Assembly (NCBI GenBank): GCA_029260265.1
Contig: JAJDDO010000024.1
Coordinates: forward strand, 433,458-497,457
Reading direction: 5' to 3'
Length of the DNA stretch: 64,000 bases
Source: Phycisphaerales bacterium
GTDB taxonomy: Bacteria; Planctomycetota; Phycisphaerae; Phycisphaerales; UBA1924
Each line of letters opens with the position of its first letter. The stretch's first letter is position 1. The notes under the pieces are model-generated. The model ran no database searches. It was not told the DNA's origin and saw only the letters and a list, made by a program, of their open reading frames with translations. This document shows positions 44,750-55,494 of the stretch, piece after piece. The translations under genes and the position numbers were made by a program.

Positions 44750-45466
44750 ATGAGCACGATCAACGAAGGCGAGGGGCATTTTTCATTCGACAGCGAGCTG
44801 CTGCCCGAGACGCTGCCGACCGATCCATTCCCGATTTTTCAGCACTGGTATGACCAAGCCGTATCCAACAAAATCCAACGGAACCCCAACGGTATGTACC
44901 TCTGCACGGTCGGCCCAGACGCCCGCCCGAGCTGCCGGACGGTGCTCTGCAAGATCCTGGTGCCTGATCCAGGGTACATCGTGTTCTTCACGAACTATGA
45001 ATCCCGCAAGGGACGCGAGATCACGGGCAACAGCGAGGTCTCGATCCTCTTCCATTGGGATGCGATGGAGCGTCAGGTGCGGATCGAAGGACCGGCGATC
45101 CGATCGCCCCAGGCGGAGTCCGATGAGTATTTCGCGTCACGCCGATGGGAATCGCGGGTTGGGGCATGGGCGAGCAAACAATCCGAACCGATCGAATCGC
45201 AGGACGCGTTGATGCTGCAGGTATTCGAAACGGTCGAGCAACTCGGGCTCGATACCGCCGAGTTGGTCAACGCAGGCCCAGATGCCAAGGTCGATATCCC
45301 CAGGCCCCCGCACTGGGGCGGGTTGAGGGTGTTCCCAAGATCGGTGGAGTTATGGTGCGCCAACGAGACTCGGCTGCACGATCGCGCCCGTTGGACGCGC
45401 GAGTTGGTCGAAACCAAGAGCGGGATTGCCCCCGCCCAGTGGTCCGCGACCCGGCTTCAACCCTGA
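44750..45466 (+). CDS. pdxH: Pyridoxamine 5'-phosphate oxidase
   Basis: ATG at 44750. RTVLCK, FFTNYESRKG, QVRIEG, SRVGAWAS, HWGGLRV and ELWCANETRLHDR match PdxH blocks. Confidence 0.88.
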   Translation: MSTINEGEGHFSFDSELLPETLPTDPFPIFQHWYDQAVSNKIQRNPNGMYLCTVGPDARPSCRTVLCKILVPDPGYIVFFTNYESRKGREITGNSEVSILFHWDAMERQVRIEGPAIRSPQAESDEYFASRRWESRVGAWASKQSEPIESQDALMLQVFETVEQLGLDTAELVNAGPDAKVDIPRPPHWGGLRVFPRSVELWCANETRLHDRARWTRELVETKSGIAPAQWSATRLQP

Positions 45467-45479
45467 ACAGGGACCTCGT

Positions 45480-47978
45480 TTACACGATGCGTGCGATCAC
45501 GCTGCGAACCATCAGCCCGCATACTTTGCCGACGAGCGAGCGGATGGGTATGGGCTTTCCTGTGTTGGTTTCTATCCGCGCGTCTGCGAGCGCCTTTGCG
45601 CGTTTCCAGTACCCGACGAGGATATTTCTTGACCAGGCGGGCGACCGATCGGGGTCATACATGTTGGATGGTTCACTCGTCAGCCCGTTGAGTTCGACGA
45701 TCCCGAACTCCCCACGCGAGAACGCTTGGGTTGATTCGCTCCGCAGATCAAACCGCCCGATGTCGAATCCATTGGCTTGATCATCGCAGAATCCGGATGC
45801 GATCTGGTCAATGCGTTGTTCAAGTGTATCGGTGAGCAGGTGTTGTCCATCGGTAAACATCGCGCCCTGAGCGTGCGAGCCGGCGATCGAGAGGGTGATC
45901 GTCTCGCCCTGTGCGGGGATGCGGTGTTGGGTAGCCTTGAGAAATTCGATCATCACCCGCGCCTGATGCCGATGGCGTGGATGGGCGAGGATGAGCCGAC
46001 GGATTGAGCGCACACCGTCACCCGATAGCACCGGAAAATGTTTGACGGTAATCGCAAAGATGGACCCTTGGGCTGAGTCGTCTATGGGAGCCGGGATGGA
46101 TTCCGGATTTCTGACCCAAAGCACGCCAAACTCGCAAGGGCCCGGGTGGAACCTTTGGAGGACAATCGGTTCGGGGTGGTTGAGAAGATACACACGGAGC
46201 TGTTGCTGATCTTCGATCTTGGCGACGCCGACCCCACGCCACCCGAGGTCGGGCTTGGCGATGATCGGATACCCGTCGAGCGATTCGTTGGCTTTGATCG
46301 CATCGGTTGCGGTCACGAACCGTTGTTCGATATCAGGCTCGGCATCCACGCAGACAAGATCGAGCAGGGCCGGGTCCTCCGGCAGCCGCGTGTTGAGGGC
46401 AGACTTCGAATCTTCGTTGATCCCGCCATCGGGGGCGTACCCGGGATTGAGGGCGGTGAGTTTGGCCATCTCTTTGAGCGGATGCAGGCTCATAAACAGG
46501 GGCAAGACCGGCAGGTAGTGGATCACACTTGGCCAGTACTCGTGATTCTTGATCCGCCCGATCCCCGCGAGGATGCGTCGGCGTCCCTCCCATGTGCACG
46601 CCAGACGAACGAGCCGAAGAGTCAAGCACCCGCACACGATCGCAAACACAAACCCGAATAAACCGAACCGTGATGGATGCGGATCGGCCAGAGCAGCGAA
46701 CACGCTTGCGAGGAGAGCGGCAGGAAGGACATAGAAAATGCCGCGGATCCACCCCAAGAGAGTCCACGGGCGATCAAGGATATCGGCGCCGCGAAACAAC
46801 CACCAGGCGCGCCCGAGCAACATCGCAGCGAGCGCGACGCCCAGATCCAATCTCATCGTCGCGACGAAAATCATGGGCACGATGATTCCCGCATACGGGA
46901 AGAGCCGGATCAGCACGATCACCATCGCGATTTGCACAAACCAAGGCAGGGCGCGGATCCAGTCTCCAAACCGGTGCAGGATCCGGTCGAACCCTTGATG
47001 GTTGTAGACGGGCTTGAGATTGAGGTAACCAGTCAGCGGGGCAACGCCGGGGGCGTCGTGACGAGCAAAGAACTCTTCGAGGTACCCGGCGGCGAGTTGA
47101 GGTTGCATGAACGGAATGAAATGGCTCGCGTCGAGCATGATGAGCCGCGAGGTCTCGGGCATCAACTCATGGTGACGCTCGGCAGCCCACGAAGCAACCA
47201 GCGGATCATCACGCCCGTGCAAGATCAGCGTGGGAGTCGTGAAGTTTTCAATGATTGCATCGAGCTTTCGCTGGTCAGAATCCCAGAACGCCTGAAGCCA
47301 ACCAACGCGGATATCGAAATCGCCCAGAACACCGAAGTGGGGAATGAGCTCGGGGATGTACCCCAGCCCGATGTATCCGACAGCGTACTTGAAATGCTCA
47401 AACGCGTAAGACCCGGAGCCCTCGGTCTCTTGGGCGGCGATCGCGGCGAGCAGGGTGACGGTTGCCACCCGCTCGGGGTGCTGCCCACCCATCTGGATCG
47501 CAACGCCGCCGCCAGATGACCACCCAAGGATGTGCGCACGATCAATGGAGTGCGCATCGAGCAGATCATAGAGGACGCGGGCTTGCGATTCGTAGGACAG
47601 ACTCTCGCCCATTTCTGATCGGCCGTATCCGGGCAGGTCGGGCACGAGAACGGTGCGTCCGGTGTTGGCGATCAGCTGCGCGAGGGTGTTGAAGGCACCG
47701 CCATCGCCGGGCGAGCCGTGGATCATGACAACGGGCGTTTGGTCGGCGGGCGGCGACGCGGGTTGAAAACGACGGAGAAAGAGCCGGTGCTGTTCGCTGT
47801 CAATCCGTGTGCCGTCAGCATCGCGGGCGGGCAAGAGCATCGTGCCGGCGGGTTGATCACCGATCAAAGGGAAGGCTTTTCTGCTCGTCTGTGATTTATG
47901 CGAAAGCAGGAGGGCGGCGGCGTAGATCACCGCGAGGGATATCCAGAACGCCTTGCTCACCGGGCTGCGTTTACGCAT
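45480..47978 (-). CDS. Three-part fusion: alpha/beta-hydrolase, polytopic membrane region, ATP-grasp-like C-terminal domain
   Basis: 832 aa. N-terminal TM, HGSPGDG and the nucleophile elbow GWSSGG. Six or more hydrophobic segments at about aa 340-500. The C-terminal ~300 aa (YPIIAKPDLGWRGVGVAKI...VLQRF...VELNG) resembles carboxylate-amine ligase/ATP-grasp folds (memory-based). The start overlaps the rlmN stop by 8 nt. Confidence 0.7.
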   Translation of the reverse strand: MRKRSPVSKAFWISLAVIYAAALLLSHKSQTSRKAFPLIGDQPAGTMLLPARDADGTRIDSEQHRLFLRRFQPASPPADQTPVVMIHGSPGDGGAFNTLAQLIANTGRTVLVPDLPGYGRSEMGESLSYESQARVLYDLLDAHSIDRAHILGWSSGGGVAIQMGGQHPERVATVTLLAAIAAQETEGSGSYAFEHFKYAVGYIGLGYIPELIPHFGVLGDFDIRVGWLQAFWDSDQRKLDAIIENFTTPTLILHGRDDPLVASWAAERHHELMPETSRLIMLDASHFIPFMQPQLAAGYLEEFFARHDAPGVAPLTGYLNLKPVYNHQGFDRILHRFGDWIRALPWFVQIAMVIVLIRLFPYAGIIVPMIFVATMRLDLGVALAAMLLGRAWWLFRGADILDRPWTLLGWIRGIFYVLPAALLASVFAALADPHPSRFGLFGFVFAIVCGCLTLRLVRLACTWEGRRRILAGIGRIKNHEYWPSVIHYLPVLPLFMSLHPLKEMAKLTALNPGYAPDGGINEDSKSALNTRLPEDPALLDLVCVDAEPDIEQRFVTATDAIKANESLDGYPIIAKPDLGWRGVGVAKIEDQQQLRVYLLNHPEPIVLQRFHPGPCEFGVLWVRNPESIPAPIDDSAQGSIFAITVKHFPVLSGDGVRSIRRLILAHPRHRHQARVMIEFLKATQHRIPAQGETITLSIAGSHAQGAMFTDGQHLLTDTLEQRIDQIASGFCDDQANGFDIGRFDLRSESTQAFSRGEFGIVELNGLTSEPSNMYDPDRSPAWSRNILVGYWKRAKALADARIETNTGKPIPIRSLVGKVCGLMVRSVIARIV

Positions 47979-49182
47979 GTTCTTTCCCGTTCGTGCTCAG
48001 GGGGATGAAGGCTCGCTTGCGGATTTCCTCGGTGCCGAGCTGGCCGCATGCGGCCATGGTCGATCGTCCCTTCGTCCTTCGCCGATTGACAAACAGCCCG
48101 TGATTCATGAGCCACCCGACAAACTGGCCGACTTGTTCTTCGGTGGGCGCGGGCCACGGCGAGTTGCGGATGGGGTTGTAGGGGATGACATTGAGCAGCC
48201 CGCAGTGCCCGCGTACTTTCCCCGCAGCGATTGAGCCCTTCATAAATGGCTTCATCCATTCGGCGATTTGGGCGGCGTGCTCTTTGGCGTTGTTGACGCC
48301 GGGGATGAGCACATACTCGATCATGAGTTTTCGCCCGCCTCGCACCTCGCGGAGTTCGAGCAGAATGTCCTGAAGCTCTTGCATCCCCCATTTCCGGTTC
48401 AACGGCATGAGTTCATCTCGTATCTGGTCATTGGGCGCGTTCAGCGAGAGGGCGAGCCCGAGCTTCCGCCAGCCGTTGATTTGGACTTGTTCTTTGATCC
48501 TGCGGAGCCCGTCGACGCGTCCAACGGTGGAGATGGTGATGGCGGACATCGGGATCGCTGCTCCGCACCGATCTGTCAAGCACGCGATGGCGCGGAAGAC
48601 CTCGTCGAGGTTGTCCAGCGGCTCGCCCATGCCCATAAAGACGATGTTGTCGATGTGAATGCCCTCGATATGCTTGGCGGCCCACCACTGGGCGACGATC
48701 TCCTCAGCGGAGAGCGAACGGATCAACCCCATCTGCGCGGTCTCGCAGAACCCGCACCCCATCGCGCACCCGACCTGCGAAGAGACGCACAGCGTGTGGG
48801 TCTTGCGTGTGGATCGCCCGATCATGGGAATGATGACGGACTCGATGTCATCGAAGTCAATCCCCTTGTGTGCGAGTTGATGATCGGCGTTGGGTAGGCG
48901 CTGGACAAACTTGATCGTGAGCCCTTCTGGAGTCTGCTCTTCGAGGCGTTTGACGATCGGGGGGAGGGTGATCTTGGCGGGCTGGGCGTGGGTGATGCCT
49001 TGGCGGTAGATATTGGTGTAACCGGCTTTGGCCCGCCCCGAACCAACGCCGAGTTGGGTGCATGCTTGGACAAACTGGTCACGGGTCATGGCGAGGGGCG
49101 AGATCGGGTTGATATCGTCGGCGATGGTCATGGGCAACAAGGATACGCGATGCACGGGCGGATATGGGCGACCTACCATCAC
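47971..49182 (-). CDS. rlmN: 23S rRNA/tRNA (adenine-C2)-methyltransferase, radical SAM
   Basis: [21 protein letters not shown] (CxxxCxxC), GMGEPL, and the C-terminal catalytic Cys region AACGQL. Confidence 0.9.
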   Translation of the reverse strand: MMVGRPYPPVHRVSLLPMTIADDINPISPLAMTRDQFVQACTQLGVGSGRAKAGYTNIYRQGITHAQPAKITLPPIVKRLEEQTPEGLTIKFVQRLPNADHQLAHKGIDFDDIESVIIPMIGRSTRKTHTLCVSSQVGCAMGCGFCETAQMGLIRSLSAEEIVAQWWAAKHIEGIHIDNIVFMGMGEPLDNLDEVFRAIACLTDRCGAAIPMSAITISTVGRVDGLRRIKEQVQINGWRKLGLALSLNAPNDQIRDELMPLNRKWGMQELQDILLELREVRGGRKLMIEYVLIPGVNNAKEHAAQIAEWMKPFMKGSIAAGKVRGHCGLLNVIPYNPIRNSPWPAPTEEQVGQFVGWLMNHGLFVNRRRTKGRSTMAACGQLGTEEIRKRAFIPLSTNGKEHA

Positions 49183-49248
49183 CTTCCAGAGTTGATGCCT
49201 AGAGAAATGGCGATCAGAACGGAGTTATTCCCGAGAGGAACGGTGCCC

Positions 49249-50667
49249 ATGGCATGGATGAAAGTGAAAGACGCGTTCAAGGCCGACCCAGGTGGTGAAC
49301 TGACTATAAAAGGATGGGTCCGCACAAAGCGGGACTCCAAGGCCGATGGGGGGCTGAGCTTTGTCGCGGTCAATGACGGGACCTGCTTCGATTCAATCCA
49401 GGTTGTCGCTCGACATGACATCAGCAACTACGAATCAGAAATCGCCAAGCTGAACACCGGGTGCTCAATCGAGGTTGATGGCGTGCTGGTGCAATCGCAG
49501 GGCAAGGGCCAATCTGTCGAGATTCAGGCGACCGAGGTCCGCGTGATCGGGTGGGTCGAAGATCCCGATACCTACCCGGTGTCCAACAAGCGCCATTCGT
49601 TCGAGTACCTGCGTGAGGTGGCGCACCTGCGGACCCGGACGAACACCTTTGGTGCCGTTGCTCGTGTGCGTCATGCGTTGTCGCAGTCGGTGCACCGTTT
49701 TCTTGATGAGCAGGATTACTACTGGGTACACACACCGATCGTGACCGGGTCGGACTGCGAGGGTGCGGGTGAGATGTTCAGGGTCTCGACGCTGGATTTT
49801 ATGAACATCCCCAAGACGGAGGACGGGGAGGTTGATTACTCCAAGGACTTCTTCGGCAAAGAAACCAACCTGACGGTTTCTGGGCAGCTCAATGTCGAGA
49901 CCTATTGCAGCTCGCTGAGCCGTGTATACACCTTCGGGCCAACTTTCCGGGCGGAGAACTCGAACACATCGAGGCATCTGGCGGAGTTCTGGATGATCGA
50001 GCCTGAGCTTGCGTTCGCGGATCTTCACGATGATATTGAGCTCGCGTCGGGGATGCTTCGCCGGTGCGCCAGCGACCTGCTCGAATCGCGAATGGATGAT
50101 CTGGAGTTCTTCAACCTTCGGATTGAGAAGGGGCTGATTGATCGGCTCAAAATGATTGCCGAATCGCCGGTGAAGACGATTGCCTACACCGATGCGATCA
50201 AGATCCTTGAAAAGAGCAACGAGAAGTTTGAGTACCAGCCCAGTTGGGGCATCGACATGCAGACCGAGCATGAGCGCTACCTGACGGAGAAGCATTTCAA
50301 GCAGCCTGTCGCGGTGATCAACTATCCCAAGGACATCAAGGCCTTCTACATGCGGTTGAACGACGATGGCACCGATGGCGCGCCCGGTCGGACCGTAGCA
50401 GCGATGGATATCTTGGTGCCCGGCGTTGGCGAGATGATCGGCGGGTCGCAGCGTGAAGAACGCCTCGATGTGCTCGATGGACGCATCGAAGAGATGGACC
50501 TGAACAAGGATGATTACTGGTGGTACCGTGATCTGCGCAAATACGGCACCGTGCCCCACGCGGGGTTCGGGCTCGGGTTCGAGCGGCTGGTGCTGTTCTG
50601 CACGGGGATGCAGAACATCCGCGATGTGATTCCATTCCCGCGTGCGCCGAGGCAGGCGGATTTCTGA
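49249..50667 (+). CDS. asnS: Asparagine--tRNA ligase
   Basis: ATG at 49249 after GAGAGGA; an alternative start is at 49207. [13 protein letters not shown]...[12 protein letters not shown], class II motif 2 [24 protein letters not shown], motif 3 [10 protein letters not shown]. Confidence 0.9.
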   Translation: MAWMKVKDAFKADPGGELTIKGWVRTKRDSKADGGLSFVAVNDGTCFDSIQVVARHDISNYESEIAKLNTGCSIEVDGVLVQSQGKGQSVEIQATEVRVIGWVEDPDTYPVSNKRHSFEYLREVAHLRTRTNTFGAVARVRHALSQSVHRFLDEQDYYWVHTPIVTGSDCEGAGEMFRVSTLDFMNIPKTEDGEVDYSKDFFGKETNLTVSGQLNVETYCSSLSRVYTFGPTFRAENSNTSRHLAEFWMIEPELAFADLHDDIELASGMLRRCASDLLESRMDDLEFFNLRIEKGLIDRLKMIAESPVKTIAYTDAIKILEKSNEKFEYQPSWGIDMQTEHERYLTEKHFKQPVAVINYPKDIKAFYMRLNDDGTDGAPGRTVAAMDILVPGVGEMIGGSQREERLDVLDGRIEEMDLNKDDYWWYRDLRKYGTVPHAGFGLGFERLVLFCTGMQNIRDVIPFPRAPRQADF

Positions 50668-51813
50668 GTGCTGATTGCGTGCGCACATATCGCGTTGTTG
50701 GTTGGCTGTGCACCTGTGCCCTCGGTGTCGGAGGTTGCCGCGAGTGTTGACACACTGCTGCTCTCGATGGAAGAGGCGGTGAACCGGGACGATGCCGGGG
50801 CGTACATGGCATTGATCGATACTTCTGATCCGATCTGGGCGACCGAGCAGCGTGCGTGGGTCACCGACAGCATCAAACGCGAAGTGGAGTATGTCACGAT
50901 CGAACGCGCGTGGGATGCGGTCATCGAGATGAATGACCATGACGAAGCGGTGACCACCATCGAGATCGTCTGGCACCTGCCCGGAGAGCAACTGGATCGC
51001 TCAAACACATTCGATGCTCGGTTTGTCCCGGTTGGGTTAAGCGACGGCGCGTGGGTGTTTGGCGGGCGAGCGTGGAGAAAACGGAACAGCGAGATCGAAG
51101 GCGTGGTCGTGTACAGCGATGAGTTGTACAAGGGACTGGATGCGCGGATAGCCGCTCGGGTGCCGATGCTTCGTGAAGAGATTGAGTCCGCGTTGGGGGC
51201 CAAGATCGAGGGTGATGTTTCGGTCAAGGTGTACCCGGATGTGGCCTCGCTCCAGGCGTCCATCTCGATGGCGTATACCGATCCTCTCAGTGGGTGGAAT
51301 GAGCCTGGTGAGTCGATCAAGATTTTGGGGCGCGATGAGCTCGACGGCGAGCGGCTCGATACACTTTTGGCCCACGAGATCGGGCACGCGGTGAGCTTCG
51401 AGATGGGCGAGCAGATAATCCGGGCGCCATGGTGGGTGCTCGAAGGGATCGCCGAGGTTGCCTCGGATCCATTCAGAGACACGAGCCCGGATGTCCGGAT
51501 GAAACGGATTTTGGCGATGCACAAAGATGGCGAGCTCCGCGATTGGGAACAGCTCGCTGATTTTCGTGGCGAAGCCAACAACCACGCGATGTTTGTCTAC
51601 CTCCAGGGCTGGGCGATGGTGCACCACATCACGGAGTTTTACGGCGTTGATGCACGCAATCAATGGCTTGCTGAGATGGGCTCCGGGCTTTCGCTCGATG
51701 AGGCATCACGCGGGGCGCTTGGAGTCTCGTTTGGATCACTCGACAGCCAATGGCGTGCGATGCTGACCGCCCAACAGGGGTTCGAAAACCCGACGGATGA
51801 AATCGAGGAATAG
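50668..51813 (+). CDS. Putative lipoprotein zinc metallopeptidase (HExxH)
   Basis: 381 aa with a GTG start directly after the asnS stop. Lipobox LLVGC. LLAHEIGHAV is an HExxH motif. The family beyond gluzincin/MA-like is not recognised. Confidence 0.6.
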   Translation: MLIACAHIALLVGCAPVPSVSEVAASVDTLLLSMEEAVNRDDAGAYMALIDTSDPIWATEQRAWVTDSIKREVEYVTIERAWDAVIEMNDHDEAVTTIEIVWHLPGEQLDRSNTFDARFVPVGLSDGAWVFGGRAWRKRNSEIEGVVVYSDELYKGLDARIAARVPMLREEIESALGAKIEGDVSVKVYPDVASLQASISMAYTDPLSGWNEPGESIKILGRDELDGERLDTLLAHEIGHAVSFEMGEQIIRAPWWVLEGIAEVASDPFRDTSPDVRMKRILAMHKDGELRDWEQLADFRGEANNHAMFVYLQGWAMVHHITEFYGVDARNQWLAEMGSGLSLDEASRGALGVSFGSLDSQWRAMLTAQQGFENPTDEIEE

Positions 51814-51835
51814 CCTGTTCGATTGAGCAGTGGTC

Positions 51836-53467
51836 TTAGGGCTGATGCGAAGCGGTGACGCCCGGCTCAAACTCGGGCGACACGATCGGCGTCGGTGCTT
51901 GTGTTGGGGCTACTGCGCTCGAGGTGTTGAAGAACAGAGCCCACCCCCAGACGACAATCGCACAGAACATGGTCCACAGCGCGACCCAGCCGACCGCGTT
52001 GCGGACATCGGGCGATCTGTTCGCCAGCGGCTTTGAAGCGGCGAGCACGGCTTTGGCGCCGGTTGGGCCGGCCGCGGTCAGGGCACGATTGGCGAGCGGT
52101 TCGATGGCGGATGCCACCTTGGCAAAGACCGAGATACTTGGTTCGCTGGTCGTTGATTCAGCTGATTCCTCAAGAGCGGGCTCGGAGGCGGGCACGCTTG
52201 GCGAGGCTGGTGCCGATTCCGCAATCGTGGCGGGCTTCTCGACGGGTGCACTGGCGGAGGGTTGAGCCGTCTGCGGTTCGGCTACTGGTTGCGCAGCAGG
52301 CTCGGTCGCCGGAACAGGGGCATCCTGCGTTGCGGTTGTTTGCTCAGGCTCAGGCTTCGACTCTGGCTCGGGTGTCGATTCCGAGGCTGGTGCTTGATCT
52401 TCAACCGGTTGCGTTTGCGCAGCTATTGATTCGGGCTCTTGTGTGGCTCTTTGCTCGGGGGTTTCCTCTTGCGGATTTTCTTCGTCGAGCAGCAGTTGTG
52501 GATCAACGGTGTAGTCGACCGTAGTCGCTTCGACGAGTTCACCTTCGGGTGTTTCAAAGTCGCCTTCGAGCAGGTCATCGGCCGCCCCGGCGAGGGCGTC
52601 GTCGAGCTGATCGATTACGCCGCTGTCAACCGCAGAAGCGGCGAGGTCTGGCTCGGGTTCTGTCTCGGGCCCTGGTTCTTGCGTGGCATCGGGCGTGGGT
52701 GGTGCAGGTTCTTGTGCGGTTTCTGGATCGGTTTCTGGCTCAGCTTTGGCTTCTGGCTCGGACTCATCTTCGATTTCGGTGAGCAGATCGCCGACAGCAT
52801 CTTCTAGCATCGCATCGTCATCCTGCGTCGATAGATCAGCAGCAGCCATCTCGTCATCCGTCGGTGCAGGCTCCGGATCGGTTGCCTCCGGGTCGAACTG
52901 CTCTGATTCGATGTGGGCATCTGGATCAATCACTGCAGTTGAGTCAGGTGCTGCTTCAGGTTCTGTTTCGGCATCGGCTGCCGGTTCGTCGGATGAATCG
53001 TCGACCTCTTCTTGCGTTGAGATCGGTTCGGGCTCGATCACTTCTGCTTCTGATTGGTCGGCTGCAGCCTCGGGGTCATCTTGCTCCGTGATGCTCTCCA
53101 TCGCAGGTGTTTGCTCGGGCTCGCTCTGCTGTTCATCTTCGAGGAGTGCATCGAGTGTGGCTTCGAGGAGATCTTCTGTAGATTCGCCGATCGCGTCGAT
53201 GGATTCCAATGCCTCTTGGGCGGCATCGGGCTCGGGTGCAGATCCTTGATCATCGGCGGAGTCGTCTGGAGATTCGGATTCAACAGATTCTGGGTTTGGC
53301 TCGACAGCGGCGGTGCCGGTATCGGTGATCAGGGTTTCGCTGGTGATATCGATGGATGCTGGATCGCTCGGGTCTGCGCATGCGGTCTCGATCTCGCCGA
53401 GCAGGTTATCGATTGCGTCGGTGAGTTCGAGTTCTGGATCGGCGGAATGGTCGTGCTGTTCATCCAC
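51836..53467 (-). CDS. Extremely acidic low-complexity protein with single C-terminal TM
   Basis: 543 aa dominated by D/E/P/A/T (EPEPE, DPEA repeats). One hydrophobic segment near the C-terminus (AVGWVALWTMFCAIVVWGWALFF). Confidence 0.6.
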   Translation of the reverse strand: MDEQHDHSADPELELTDAIDNLLGEIETACADPSDPASIDITSETLITDTGTAAVEPNPESVESESPDDSADDQGSAPEPDAAQEALESIDAIGESTEDLLEATLDALLEDEQQSEPEQTPAMESITEQDDPEAAADQSEAEVIEPEPISTQEEVDDSSDEPAADAETEPEAAPDSTAVIDPDAHIESEQFDPEATDPEPAPTDDEMAAADLSTQDDDAMLEDAVGDLLTEIEDESEPEAKAEPETDPETAQEPAPPTPDATQEPGPETEPEPDLAASAVDSGVIDQLDDALAGAADDLLEGDFETPEGELVEATTVDYTVDPQLLLDEENPQEETPEQRATQEPESIAAQTQPVEDQAPASESTPEPESKPEPEQTTATQDAPVPATEPAAQPVAEPQTAQPSASAPVEKPATIAESAPASPSVPASEPALEESAESTTSEPSISVFAKVASAIEPLANRALTAAGPTGAKAVLAASKPLANRSPDVRNAVGWVALWTMFCAIVVWGWALFFNTSSAVAPTQAPTPIVSPEFEPGVTASHQP

Positions 53468-53581
53468 TGTTGTTGAATGATCGGGGTTTTGGGGGTGGAA
53501 CTCAAGGAATATCGGCCGTGATGCGGATCATTGGCTCGATCCGGTGCAACAATCACATCCGTGATGGAAAAGCCACCCAGG

Positions 53582-54298
53582 ATGATGCATCGAGTTGTGT
53601 TCTCGGACCTCGCCCAAGCCGCGTGCGGCTCGGTTGTGTCTATCGCGGGACAAGAGGGGTACCACGCGGCGACCGTCAAACGGGTCCGCATCGGAGATCG
53701 GGTGGGCGTGATCGACGGCGTGGGGCATCGGGGTGAGGGGCGATTGAGCTCGATCAGCGGTCATAAAACTAGACCGACCATTGAAATTGAGATCGGGGAG
53801 ATTGAATCGGTGCCCAGATCCGCCAGCGAGGTTGAGGTCTGGACAGCGCTGCCCAAGGGTGATCGGCTCGAGACGATGATTGATCAGCTCTCGCAGATCG
53901 GGGTGTCGAGATGGCGACCGCTCATCTGCGATCGTTCAGAGCGGAAATGGGAAGCCGTGAAGCGTGAGAAGATCGAACGGGTTGTGCAGGAATCCGCGAA
54001 GCAGTGTGATCGCGCCTGGTTTTTAGGCATCGGCGAACCGATCGCCTTCGAGGATGCGATCGGTAGCTGCGGGGTGGTTGTTGCGGACGGGATTGGGGAG
54101 AGGGCAACCACGCTCAGGGCGGATGGTACAACAAGGGTTGTGCTTATTGGGCCCGAGGGCGGGTGGTCGGAGCCTGAGCGTGCGCGGATCGCTGAACAAT
54201 CGGTGACGATGGTGCGCGTCGGCGGGCATGTGCTTCGGCTAGAAACCGCGGCGATCGCGGCGGGGACGGTCTTTGTGAATCTTCAGTGCGAGGAGTGA
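53582..54298 (+). CDS. rsmE: 16S rRNA (uracil1498-N3)-methyltransferase
   Basis: MMHRVVF..., PUA-like N-domain (HAATVKRVRIGDRVGVIDGVGH), and SPOUT knot motifs LIGPEGGWSEPE and RLETAAIAA. Confidence 0.85.
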   Translation: MMHRVVFSDLAQAACGSVVSIAGQEGYHAATVKRVRIGDRVGVIDGVGHRGEGRLSSISGHKTRPTIEIEIGEIESVPRSASEVEVWTALPKGDRLETMIDQLSQIGVSRWRPLICDRSERKWEAVKREKIERVVQESAKQCDRAWFLGIGEPIAFEDAIGSCGVVVADGIGERATTLRADGTTRVVLIGPEGGWSEPERARIAEQSVTMVRVGGHVLRLETAAIAAGTVFVNLQCEE

Positions 54299-54303
54299 AA
54301 TCA

Positions 54304-55473
54304 ATGATTCATTCGGTTGGATTTAGCTTGGTGCTGATCATTGCGACGATCGCAGCGGCATCGCCGGTGGATGCCGAGCACCGATCGCGTGCACGGACCG
54401 TGGCGGATAAGGCGATGGACTACCTGCGTTCGCAGCAGGATCCAACGAGTGGGGGATGGAGGCATAACCCTGATGGCCCAAACTTCCCGGCGATCACCGG
54501 GTTGGTGGTGACCGGGATGCTTCTTGACGATCGAATCGATCAGCGCGATGAGTCGGTGGATGCAGGCGTGAAGTATATTTTGTCCTTTGCCAAGGATGAC
54601 GGAGGGATCCATGACCACTTCCTGCAGAGCTACAACACCTCTATCTGCCTGAGTGCCTTGTCGGCGGTGCACCTGCCCGAAGTTTCCTCTGCGATCGGGA
54701 GCGGGCAGGGGTTTCTGAGGGCTCTTCAATACGACGAAGCATTCGCGGGCAGCGTCGAATCGCCCGGATTGAATGAGCCGGTGCCGATTGATCATCCGTA
54801 CTACGGCGGGATCGGGTACGGCAAGCACGGGCGTCCGGACTTGTCCAACCTCGGATTCTTCATGCAGGCGATGCACGATACTGGGGTATCGAGCGAGGAT
54901 GAATCGATGAAGAAGGCGTTGAAGTTTCTCGAACGGGTGCAGATGCTCGACGAAGTGAACGACATGTCGTATGCCGACGAATCGACGCAGGGCGGATTCA
55001 TTTATGCCACGGTTCCCGATATCGAATCGGTCGATGGGCGAGCGGGGCAGTCGATGGCGGGGATGGTTGATGAAATCGGTGAGGATGGGAACCAGATCAC
55101 GCGTCTGCGTGCATACGGGTCGATGAGCTATGTGGGGTTCAAGAGTTTGCTGTTTGCGGATCTTGCGCCCGATGATGCTCGGCTCGTTGCGGTCCGCCGA
55201 TGGATCGAAAAGAATTATTCGCTCGACGAGAACCCGGGAGTTGGTCAGCAGGGATTGTATTATTACTACTGCACGCTCGCCCGCGCACTGCACGCAGCGG
55301 GCGAGGACACCATCGCGGGCGTTGATTGGCGGGCTGATCTTCTTGAACGCCTCGAAACATTGCAGAACGAAGACGGGTCGTTCATGGTGATGAACGATCG
55401 GTGGATGGAATCGGACCCGGTCCTGATCACGAGCTATGCCCTGATCGCGATCCAGCATATACTCAATGACTAA
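54304..55473 (+). CDS. Secreted prenyltransferase/squalene-oxidase-repeat protein (second copy of this family in the window)
   Basis: ATG at 54304 after AGGAG. Signal peptide MIHSVGFSLVLIIATIAAASPVDA. QQDPTSGGW, AKDDGGIHD and QNEDGSF repeats. Confidence 0.75.
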   Translation: MIHSVGFSLVLIIATIAAASPVDAEHRSRARTVADKAMDYLRSQQDPTSGGWRHNPDGPNFPAITGLVVTGMLLDDRIDQRDESVDAGVKYILSFAKDDGGIHDHFLQSYNTSICLSALSAVHLPEVSSAIGSGQGFLRALQYDEAFAGSVESPGLNEPVPIDHPYYGGIGYGKHGRPDLSNLGFFMQAMHDTGVSSEDESMKKALKFLERVQMLDEVNDMSYADESTQGGFIYATVPDIESVDGRAGQSMAGMVDEIGEDGNQITRLRAYGSMSYVGFKSLLFADLAPDDARLVAVRRWIEKNYSLDENPGVGQQGLYYYYCTLARALHAAGEDTIAGVDWRADLLERLETLQNEDGSFMVMNDRWMESDPVLITSYALIAIQHILND

Positions 55474-55494
55474 GTACTGAGAAAGGAACTTGAG

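Noticed and set aside
49465-50991. 508-aa minus-strand ORF
   Set aside because: It is antisense to asnS, whose class II synthetase motifs are unambiguous. The composition is that of a shadow ORF.
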